Position numbers and translations under genes: made by a program. From NCBI GenBank assembly GCA_010909165.1, contig MU008168.1:1488001-1552000 (forward strand): a DNA stretch of 64,000 bases. The letters are read 5' to 3'. Positions 48,574 to 57,722 of the stretch are shown here, in pieces. The DNA is from Anthoceros angustus. Taxonomy: Eukaryota > Plantae > Anthocerotophyta. The stretch's first letter is position 1. Each line of letters starts with the position of its first letter. Below the pieces are notes generated by a model. That model did not search any database. It was given only the letters and a program-made list of their open reading frames with translations, and was not told the origin of the DNA.

Positions 48574-50967
48574 TCACGGTCGACCCTTACAACTGCAACA
48601 ACCATTTGCGAATCGATGTACACGGTACCCATCCCTTACAACGATGCCTCTCTGTTCAAGCTTTGACATGATTTCCGTGGAACTGTGGCAGTCACTGCAC
48701 ATGCGTAGATTCTTCGTTACCACCAGAGGTGTCCCACTCGGAGTGTTCAACAGACCAAACGCCAAAGCTAGCTTCTCAGCATGCCCACAAAGCGCATCTT
48801 CCTTTTTCATCTCACCCAGTGGGTTCAACACCAACTTTGTGTGAGGCACGTGGCCTCCTTCCTGCTTCAGACGCGCATTCGTGCTCTCTACCTTAAGCAA
48901 AATATCCTCTCTCCTTTCTCCCACCAGAAATCTATGTACCTGCTTGTTCACCTCAATGCTCGCCACTGCTGGTTTCTTGAAAGCTCCTGCTACCCTTCTC
49001 TGTCTTTCAATCCTGTCTACATCGGCCCACCTACCTGCATCTGCGTATGCCTTGGCCATGAGCACATATGCAGGTGCCGCATCCTGGAGGTCCAGTCTAA
49101 CAATCCTTTCAAAACACCACATAGCCCTCTCTATATCCCCGTGGCTTTGGCAGGCATTCAACAAAGTCGTCAATCCCACAACATCACTTTGGCCCTCACA
49201 TAACAATAGCATCTGCTCAGCCTCATCTAAATGGCCTGCTCTCCCAAGGAGATCAATCATGCAGGTGTAATGCTCAATAGTAGGTTTGATGCCATGCTGT
49301 TCAGCCATGGAATCAAAGTACTTGCGACCCTCGTGGACTAGTCCCTCATGACTGCATGCTACTAGAAGGCAGGTAAAAGAAGCAACATCAGGCTGAATAC
49401 CCGCAACTAACATCTCCTCGAACAAAGCTGCTGCTCTCTGGCCATCATCACAGGCACCATACCCAGATATCAGGGCATTCCATGTCACCACATTCTTGGT
49501 GTTCATACTGTCAAAAACCTGGCGTGCACCCTCCAGTTCACCACATTTCGCATACATGTCCACCAGGCAGGTGCCCAACACTACGTTATCCAGCAGTCCT
49601 CTTTCCACAATCTGTGAGTGCAGCTGCCTGCCCTTCTGTAAGGCACCAGTGCTTCCACAGGCCTTCAGAAGGCAAGCAAACGTAACATCATCAGCCAAAA
49701 TGAGGCCCACCTCCTCCATTTGTCCGTACAGAACAAGCGCGTCATGGCCAAGTCCTTGCTGAGCATACCCAGCAATCAGGACATTCCATGTCACCACATC
49801 CTTTGTGGCCATGCTGTCAAAAATCTGGCGTGCATCTTTCAGTTTACCACATTTTGCATACCCGTCTACCAGGGCATTCCATGTCACCACATTCTTTGTG
49901 GCCATGCTGTCAAAAACCTGGCGTGCATCTTCCAGTTCACCACATTTTGCATACATGTCGACCAGGCTGGTGCCAACAAACAAGTCAGTAGGAATGCCAC
50001 TCTGCACCACATCGCAGTGCACTTTCCTGCCAGATTCCAAGTCAGCGGCAAATGCACAAGCTTGAAGGGCAGCTACAAAGACGTGAGCATCCGCCTTCAC
50101 ACCTGACCTACGCATCTCATGGTACAGCTGTACTGCCTCATCAGCTTTTCCGTGTTTCGCATGTGCAGAAATGATGGAAGCCCACGTGAAAACATCCGGT
50201 TTGCCTACCCTGGTGAACACATCCATGGCCTCCTCTAGCCTACCTCCACTTGCATACATGCGCAGGATATGGTTCCCCAAGTATGCAATCGACTCATACC
50301 CAAGTTTGACACAAAGATCATGAACTCGTCGCCCCACAACCAAATCCTTCTTAGCTGTACACAGTTTCAGCACAGAGCAAAACAGAGAGTGCGGAAAAGC
50401 AGAGTCTGTCTGCGCCAGCGATTCCAGGGCTGCAACGGCATCAGAAAGCTTCCCCTGCTCACACAACATGCTCACCGTTCCAGCCGTCACCACGCCCATC
50501 TCCGATCCTGCACGTCTACCAGGTTCAGGCTTATCCCGAGAGCTCGATTCCGAATGACAGGCACCGAGACCCATCTGCATATCCAAGAAAACGAGCTGCT
50601 CATCAACCCAAGCTGGCTTACACATGTTGTTTAACCACAGGACCTCGCCGGACCCCTTCCGCCGGAAGTCGGGCGAACGGGAGCTCTTCTTATCTCGTCT
50701 GTTGTCCCACCACATGGTAGGGTCCAAAAAAAACTGCTGCCACAGGTGCTCCTGCTCCTGGTAACGACCATCGCTGGAAAACCCGTCCCCACCCACAATT
50801 TTTCTCGGGAGTGGAGGTGCTGGGCTACTTACCCTGCTGCACCTGGAGGCTTTGTTTGCCAGGGCTTGACTCCCTAACGTGAGCTGAGCGGGAGCTTCTC
50901 GTAGAATCCCTGTACACACACCAATTTGTTGGGTCCACAACAGGTCCGGTTGCGACCCTGTGGCCAT
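48574..50967 (-). CDS. Third PPR-E-DYW:KP(GRP) protein with N-terminal PDF-like motif, 797 aa
   Basis: Intronless ORF with KKPAVASIEV, GHAEKLA, CSDC and CSCKGRP. Confidence 0.95.
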   Translation of the reverse strand: MATGSQPDLLWTQQIGVCTGILREAPAQLTLGSQALANKASRCSRVSSPAPPLPRKIVGGDGFSSDGRYQEQEHLWQQFFLDPTMWWDNRRDKKSSRSPDFRRKGSGEVLWLNNMCKPAWVDEQLVFLDMQMGLGACHSESSSRDKPEPGRRAGSEMGVVTAGTVSMLCEQGKLSDAVAALESLAQTDSAFPHSLFCSVLKLCTAKKDLVVGRRVHDLCVKLGYESIAYLGNHILRMYASGGRLEEAMDVFTRVGKPDVFTWASIISAHAKHGKADEAVQLYHEMRRSGVKADAHVFVAALQACAFAADLESGRKVHCDVVQSGIPTDLFVGTSLVDMYAKCGELEDARQVFDSMATKNVVTWNALVDGYAKCGKLKDARQIFDSMATKDVVTWNVLIAGYAQQGLGHDALVLYGQMEEVGLILADDVTFACLLKACGSTGALQKGRQLHSQIVERGLLDNVVLGTCLVDMYAKCGELEGARQVFDSMNTKNVVTWNALISGYGACDDGQRAAALFEEMLVAGIQPDVASFTCLLVACSHEGLVHEGRKYFDSMAEQHGIKPTIEHYTCMIDLLGRAGHLDEAEQMLLLCEGQSDVVGLTTLLNACQSHGDIERAMWCFERIVRLDLQDAAPAYVLMAKAYADAGRWADVDRIERQRRVAGAFKKPAVASIEVNKQVHRFLVGERREDILLKVESTNARLKQEGGHVPHTKLVLNPLGEMKKEDALCGHAEKLALAFGLLNTPSGTPLVVTKNLRMCSDCHSSTEIMSKLEQRGIVVRDGYRVHRFANGCCSCKGRP

Positions 50968-51326
50968 CGTTCAGGTTACCGCTGTTGGAAGATGAGAAGA
51001 TGGATGCCCAAGTACTCTGCATGACCACACCAAGCACAAGGATACAAGACCTGGTGGCATCCAGATTCTGGACGGTGAAGTGGCAATTTGCAATGACGTG
51101 ATGGCATCGGTACCCCCACATCCGCTTTCACGTTCACGGCGGCATGTCATCGGATTATTACTGTATGTTGTTGAGATAGACATGGCTCGAAGCAGGATTA
51201 CGCCGGGCAGTTCTTCTCACGACCTGATTGGCACAGCAGGAGTCCGAGTCCTGTGGAGCGGGGATGGCGCAAATGCGATGCCGGGCGAGCAGGTGGTGAC
51301 GCACAGCGGGCGCCCACCCCGGGACC

Positions 51327-53519
51327 ATGGCGTTCTCGCAGCATGTGGTGAACTGCATTCCCGGCAGGGCAGCGTCGCTGGGAGCTCTGCGTGCTGCAGC
51401 GCAATCCGGCGGAGGAGATGGAGCGGGCGGGGAGGACGGGAGCGCGGGGTCCTCGGGCCGGGCCCTGCCCTTCCGGGTGGCTGCCGGAGCTGCCAGGCGA
51501 GCCGCTGTGGCTTCGGATCGATGGAGGCCGGCGCAGGGAGCGGATGTGCAGGGGAGGAAGCCTACCACGGTGGAGAGGTGGTCGCCGTCGGGGGCCGGGG
51601 GCGGGGCCAGGTTTGTGGATGAGGATCTGGTGACGGAGATTCTGGAAAGGTTGAAGGGGGTGGAATGGAGCGAGGAAGGCGTGACCGCGGCTCTGCAGGG
51701 CTGGGAGAAGCCGCTGAGCTCCAGAACCCTGGTTGCGCTGCTCAAGGCCCTGCAGGGATGGGAGCTCTCGCAGGCCTTCTTCAACTGGGCCAAGAGGCAG
51801 AGTTTTTGTGAGATCAGCGTGTACACGTACAACATCCTGCTGAGGAATCTGCGGCAGAGCCAGCAGTTGCAGCTTTCGGAGGGGTTGATAGAGGAGATGC
51901 TGGCCAACGGGGTGAGGCCTGACAACTTCACCTACAGTACGATCATCAGCTGTGCGAGAGTGAGCGGGGATTTGGATCGTGCCATCAGCTGGTACCAGAA
52001 GATGTATGAAGCCGATTGTGTGCCCGATGAGATCACGCACAGCACCATGATCGATGTGTTCGGCAGGCAGGGCCGGCTGAGCGAGGCCATTGATATTTAT
52101 GAAGGGCTGAAGTCGACAGGGTGGAAGCCTGATAGGGTGACTTACGGCGTGGTGGTAGGTACGCTGGCTAGGGCGGGGAGAGGGTTCGAGGCCTTGACGG
52201 TGTATGAAGAGATGGCGAGTCAGGGCATCGAGCCGTCCATAAGGCTGCAGAATTACATGGTGAGGGTGATGGTGAAGATAGGGCGGCTTGCTCAAGCTAA
52301 AGAAGCTTTTGAGAAGCTGTTGGAATGTGGGTATCCCCCCTCGGAGATGACCTTGAGTTCCCTGATTGATGCATATGGCAAAGCTCAAGAGTATGGGGAA
52401 GCTTTCAAGCTGTATGATAGAGCTAGGGCAGAGGGCTGGCCTATCGACATGGTTATTTATCAGTGTCTGATCAAGCACTGTGCGGACGGGTTTTTCGTTG
52501 CTGAAGGGACCAAGGTCTACACCGATATGATGGCTGCGTTTCAGCCTACGTCTTGGACTTACAAGACCATGGTGAATTTGTATGCCAAGACGAACAGGAT
52601 GCAGGAGGCTATGGATGTGTTTGATCAACTTGTGGAAGCCGGAAATCAGCCAGATATTGTCTCTTATACGCTGCTCATACAAGGGTACGGCAATATAGGT
52701 GATCATCAGAGAATGGAGCAGGTGTTCCTGCAGGCCTTGGGCAAAGGTCTTGAATTTGATGAGAGATTCGTTGGGTCTGTGCTCTCCGTTCTTGGTGCCT
52801 CTCAAACGGATGAGCAGCGGGCCACATTGTTGAGGATTTTGGAGAAAAGTGACTCCACAATGCACGGCATTGTGCAGAAGCTGGTTGCCGACCAAGTGGG
52901 ATCAGAAGAGCTGCAGGAAGCCATCCAAGCATTGACTTCTCGCTACTCACAAGCGGCCCAACAGCGTTACATCAATTCGTTGACAGACCTATGTCGACGG
53001 ATGAAGTTTGATGACAGGGGACGCCAGTTGATCTCATCTGCAATCTCCTCTGGTGTGTACCCTGGCGTTCAAGTAAGGTTTTTCTCGCTTTGGAGCTTAA
53101 AGTTAGCAGCATTGTCAGTAGCTGCGGCGCAGTATACGTTGGAGTGGTGGATAGACACTCTGCAGACGGCATTTTCAGATGGAACTCACCTTCCAAGCAA
53201 ATTCAAAATTGAGCTACTTGCTGCGAAAATGGAGAAGACTGCTCAGTTGGAAGGCACAACGCTACACGCAGAAAAACTAGAACTTATAAGGTCAGTTTTG
53301 AAGGAGTATAAAGCCCCTTTCGAGGAGGGCAGCGGGGATGGAATATGGTTTGAGACAACTCTAGACGACGTCCGACCGTGGCTCTGGTTCCGAGAGCCAG
53401 CTTCAGAGCCCGGTATGGAAATTGAGATTGCCACAGCACCAGTTAGCGACAGACCGTCCACAGAATCCGAAGGAGTGGTGACAGACTCTGTTGAGAAGGT
53501 TCCCGCAGAACTCAGCTGA
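51327..53519 (+). CDS. P-class PPR protein with C-terminal SMR-like domain (SVR7/SOT1/ATP4-like), 730 aa, probably plastid-targeted
   Basis: Ala/Gly/Arg-rich N-terminal extension and ~9-10 35-aa repeats (YTYNILLRNL..., PDNFTYSTIISCAR...). C-terminal WSLKLAALSVAAA...LEWW...LP...LKEYKAPF...WFETT matches the SMR fold of plant PPR-SMR proteins. Confidence 0.88.
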   Translation: MAFSQHVVNCIPGRAASLGALRAAAQSGGGDGAGGEDGSAGSSGRALPFRVAAGAARRAAVASDRWRPAQGADVQGRKPTTVERWSPSGAGGGARFVDEDLVTEILERLKGVEWSEEGVTAALQGWEKPLSSRTLVALLKALQGWELSQAFFNWAKRQSFCEISVYTYNILLRNLRQSQQLQLSEGLIEEMLANGVRPDNFTYSTIISCARVSGDLDRAISWYQKMYEADCVPDEITHSTMIDVFGRQGRLSEAIDIYEGLKSTGWKPDRVTYGVVVGTLARAGRGFEALTVYEEMASQGIEPSIRLQNYMVRVMVKIGRLAQAKEAFEKLLECGYPPSEMTLSSLIDAYGKAQEYGEAFKLYDRARAEGWPIDMVIYQCLIKHCADGFFVAEGTKVYTDMMAAFQPTSWTYKTMVNLYAKTNRMQEAMDVFDQLVEAGNQPDIVSYTLLIQGYGNIGDHQRMEQVFLQALGKGLEFDERFVGSVLSVLGASQTDEQRATLLRILEKSDSTMHGIVQKLVADQVGSEELQEAIQALTSRYSQAAQQRYINSLTDLCRRMKFDDRGRQLISSAISSGVYPGVQVRFFSLWSLKLAALSVAAAQYTLEWWIDTLQTAFSDGTHLPSKFKIELLAAKMEKTAQLEGTTLHAEKLELIRSVLKEYKAPFEEGSGDGIWFETTLDDVRPWLWFREPASEPGMEIEIATAPVSDRPSTESEGVVTDSVEKVPAELS

Positions 53520-53938
53520 AGCAGCAGGTTCAAGTTCTGGGGCCAAAGAAAGGCTGTGCTGGGATGGCCGTAAAGGGAATGTAAATCACGTACTTCAGCA
53601 GGAACAAGCCTCCCTTGGTGTCAAGCTTGTGGGATTGTTTTCATATCTCTGAGGGCAACCGGCGACACCTTGTTGTCGAAACTTTTCCTACATGCATGGT
53701 GGTTGGACGCTCAAGTCTGCCGTGCTTCATGAAGCCTTTGCAATTTGGACCTAGTCGGTGAAGGTCGCAACTACAAACAGGACCATAGCCACGATTGCAG
53801 ATCATCCAACCCGTGTGCGTCAATGTGGTAGTGCAGCATACTGTTGTCTTGAGCAAAATTTTGGAGTACGATATCAGGGGTATCGGAGGTGCCGAGTACG
53901 CCTCCAGGCAGCTTGTTCCAGAGCTTCTCATGTGACCC

Positions 53939-55663
53939 TCACTTGAGATAGTCCTTCCCTTGTTTCAAGGGTTTGTCTCCAGGTTGCCAACCTGCTGGGC
54001 ACCCTTCTTCGGGATGCTGCTGCACATGTTGAACAGCCTGAACAACACCAAATATGCATTACAAGCGCTGAGATTTCCACACAGCGTTACAGCTGATTTT
54101 TTTTTTTTTCATGGCCGCAAGGAAGCATGATGTTGCTGTACATGCGCAGTGAAAGCTAAACCCATCGAAATTTCCTCACATGCAGTGTCCTGATGGTTTC
54201 GTCCACATTTCTCCCGAAAGAAAGGTTGTTAATGGTTGCATGCTGTATAACACCTTGTTTGTCAATAATAAACAGGCCGCGGAGTGCGACGCCCTGCACG
54301 TTTGCTGATATGGATGAATGGAATGCGCAATGCTGTAAAAGGTCGTTCTTGTCATCCAGAGAATAAGTCGAATTATGTGCTAAAGAAATATCACAATACC
54401 TGATCTGCTATCAACACACCATATCTTCTAGATATGATTTTTGTCAAATCAGAAGCAATAGGGTACTTCAAATCACCCAAGCCACCAGCTTTTCGATCCG
54501 TTTGAACCCAGGCCAGATGAGAAAACTACCAAAAGAGAAAAAATCAGTATAATATGTTAAAAGAAATAAGAAGTTTCACATAATAGTAATCCAACTAGAA
54601 ATTAGAGATATACCACGCTATCAGTGGAAACAGCAATCACTTCTGTATTCAGCTTTTGGAACTCATCGTAACGATCACTGAATTGGGTAATTTCTGATGT
54701 CCAAGAAACATTTGATAAATATCATGCACACATATATTTAATGTATAAGATGAGATAATGAAACACAATATCATGATAGATCCAACATAATATTACCAAC
54801 CTGTGGGACAAACGAATGTGAAGTCTAAAGGATAAAAAAAAAGCACCACAAACTTTTTTCCAAAGTAGGAAGATAATTTAATCTGCACATTGCAAGATTG
54901 ACCTGTCTTTAGAAGTCAAAGAAGAAAATGTTTACAATTTCTTCTAGATGCAATGCTAGAGAGTTAAAATTACAACACATGAGAAAATCTAAATTTCAAG
55001 AGTACCTTAACAAATTCTTGTTCAAAAACAGCTTCAGCCTCAAAATCGGGGGCAATGTGCCCAACTAATGGATCATGAACAGGTGGTTTAGGAGGCGGTT
55101 GAGGTTGATCTCCCTGCAAGCTATCAATAGCATTAGATGGTAAGAACCGACTTGATTGATAACAATTTAGTTCTATAGATTCTTAACTCAAATAGAACAA
55201 GTGTCAAAAAATCATTGGAGCACCACATGACAATGTACTACTTAAGTTTGAGTGCAGCACAAGTTTGAGTCCTAAACCTATTTGCCAAAAACCAAGAAGA
55301 TCCTGAGGTCCATCGGAAACTTACAGCATATATCTTGAAACCCCTTTCATGCATATTGTGATAGAGTAGAGACAACGATTGCCCTTTCCTAGGACAAATG
55401 GTTATCCTTGATTTGTCCCCTCGAGTTTTCCACACCTTTCCAAACCCACAAAACCATCCTGCCAATCTTGATAGCCCACAAGAAGCACCGGAGGAAAGAG
55501 AAGAAGAGGAAATACAACACTCAATCGCTCCTGAAATGGAGGGGGAAGCCAAGACAACATAGCTCGAAGCAAACATAGGAGCCTTTGTGCTACATTTTGC
55601 ACTACACCGGGCTGGGAAGACAAGAGGGGATCCCACTCCATTAGTGGCAACACCAAGGGCCAT
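53939..55663 (-). CDS. BAS1: 2-Cys peroxiredoxin (BAS1-like), multi-exon; 5' exon structure and start uncertain
   Basis: Spliced exons read [22 protein letters not shown] (55113-55006) / [27 protein letters not shown] / [27 protein letters not shown] / [26 protein letters not shown] / [23 protein letters not shown] / [13 protein letters not shown]...stop at 53939. The Ser-rich ORF from 55663 resembles a transit peptide. Confidence 0.88.
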
Positions 55664-57722
55664 GGAACATTAGCCCACATTCTTCCAGCCCATACATACG
55701 TCCTGGCTATTGTCTCGCCATCGCCAAAATGAGTTTAGGGTTTGAGTGAGGAAGTTTTATTTGAGCGCGGCGGGCTGGCGCGGTTATGAAATACGAATCC
55801 AATATAGCCCAGCCAGCTCCAGTCCCAGTCCCCGGTCGTGATTCGGTGATACAAATTCCATTCGATCCGATTCCATCCCGACGACGCGATGTTGACTGTG
55901 CTTTCAACGGAACGGAACCTCGGCACGATTACAATCGGCAGCTGGCGCCCATGTTGCGGCCCACTAGCAGCACGCTGCTCTCCTCGCCTTTGCCTCGCCC
56001 CTTAGGACATTCCGTTATTGGGCCCACTTGCACGAAGGACCCTTCAACTTGGTGCCACCCACTCCCCAAGTGGACAAAGACGCCTTGCACGTCACACCTG
56101 CCAACCCCTAGCCGCCCACGGACTCCCAGCCATGTGTGCCTGCTCACCCATGGTTTCACAAGTGGACGGTATTTAAATGTATATATATCATTTTAATAAA
56201 ATAAAATAGTAAATATTTATTATTTTGATATAATTATATTATAAATTATGAATCATAGTGATATTTATTTTTTGTGGTCCCTTGAGGGGTAAGAATATGT
56301 GTTATATTCTTATAGACAATGTTAGTCACTTTTTGAAAGCTTGAGTAGCAAACAAACAACCCTCATGAAGCAACCATAACAAGAGATGCAAACAAGCAAT
56401 CCTCATCATGACGGACGACAACAAGGAATGCATTCTTGACAAACGCTGGTGGTATGTACACCCTTCTATCTCCTTGGTGGTGACATGCAATTTTAGGCAT
56501 AGGACATTTAAGTATGGAGCTTCATCCTTAGTAGAGGTATGGAATTGAGTTATTCCTTTTCACAGCCATATTATAGGTAGATGGGTTCATCCATCTCTAC
56601 TAAATTAATAAAATGCAGAGTTGTGAGAACATCGTAGATAAATTATAGTATTAATTAATATGAAATTTTATAACTTATTGTTTTTATAAAAAAGTAGATT
56701 CATAGTTTGATAAGACAATCCAAGAGAACCAAACTATCTATGGGACTTACACTGAATATCAGAGAATAAGTGACTGCTGTAATTCACGTTTAATTTAATT
56801 TGATTACGGGACAGAGAACAATCCTGACCGTTGTGAGGTCTATTTTGTACATGCTGGTTTGTAGGTTGCTTGTGAAGGTGGAGCGAGAGTGTCGGTGACG
56901 CACTTGGGATGCTCCACTTGTGGGGCAAGTATTGATTGCGGCGGGGCCCACAGCCCGAGTCGGGCTGAGGAGGGAGCAGGGAGCAGGGCTATCCGGTCTT
57001 TGATAACTGCACTTAGCTGAGAGTGGGCAGCATGGAGTTCCATGGCGGCCACGCCCATGTCATTAGCCATAACGGCCTTGCTATAATCCCGTCGCGGCAA
57101 CGGCCGGATGCGGGATGCGATGGATCGCGCTCGAAACTCGGGGGAGAGAGAGAGGATGTGAGGAGAGGATGCTCACATCCTCTCTCTGCCGAGCCTGGCT
57201 CTCGGACTTCCTGTTCCTTGTCCGCGGCTGCTGCTGCAGAGCAGAGCCAGGCGGATCCGCATCCGGATCCGACCTGACCCGATCCTCACCTGGTAGCAGA
57301 ATTTCTTCTGTTTCCGCGCGTTTGATGCCGCGGAGGGGATCGTTTTCTGTGCAGAGGGGACGGGAGGAATGAAATCCGCGGCAGTGCGGGTCGTGATTGT
57401 GGCTTGTAATGTCGACCACTGCTGGTGTTGCTGCTGCTGGGTGGCACGGGAGGGAGCCTGTTTTTGTTGCTTAGACGGCCCCGGTGTGGAGACCCAATTG
57501 GCAGATCGGTGAGATTGGGGGAAAAGACTGGGACTGTGTGATGAGATTGAACAGTTTTGAGCTGGATTCGGACGTGGCTGGTGTATGGCATTGATTTGGG
57601 AGTGAGGGAGAGTGTGGGTCCTTTCTCGGGAGGGAAAGGAAGGGAGCTGAGGAGGAACTTGGAGGAAGCGGGTGTGCGGGTGTGAGGATGTGGGATGCGC
57701 CCAGCGCTTAGCTTCGGGGGAC

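Noticed and set aside
51198-52895. 565-aa minus-strand ORF
   Set aside because: It is the antisense shadow of the PPR-SMR CDS and has no independent motifs.
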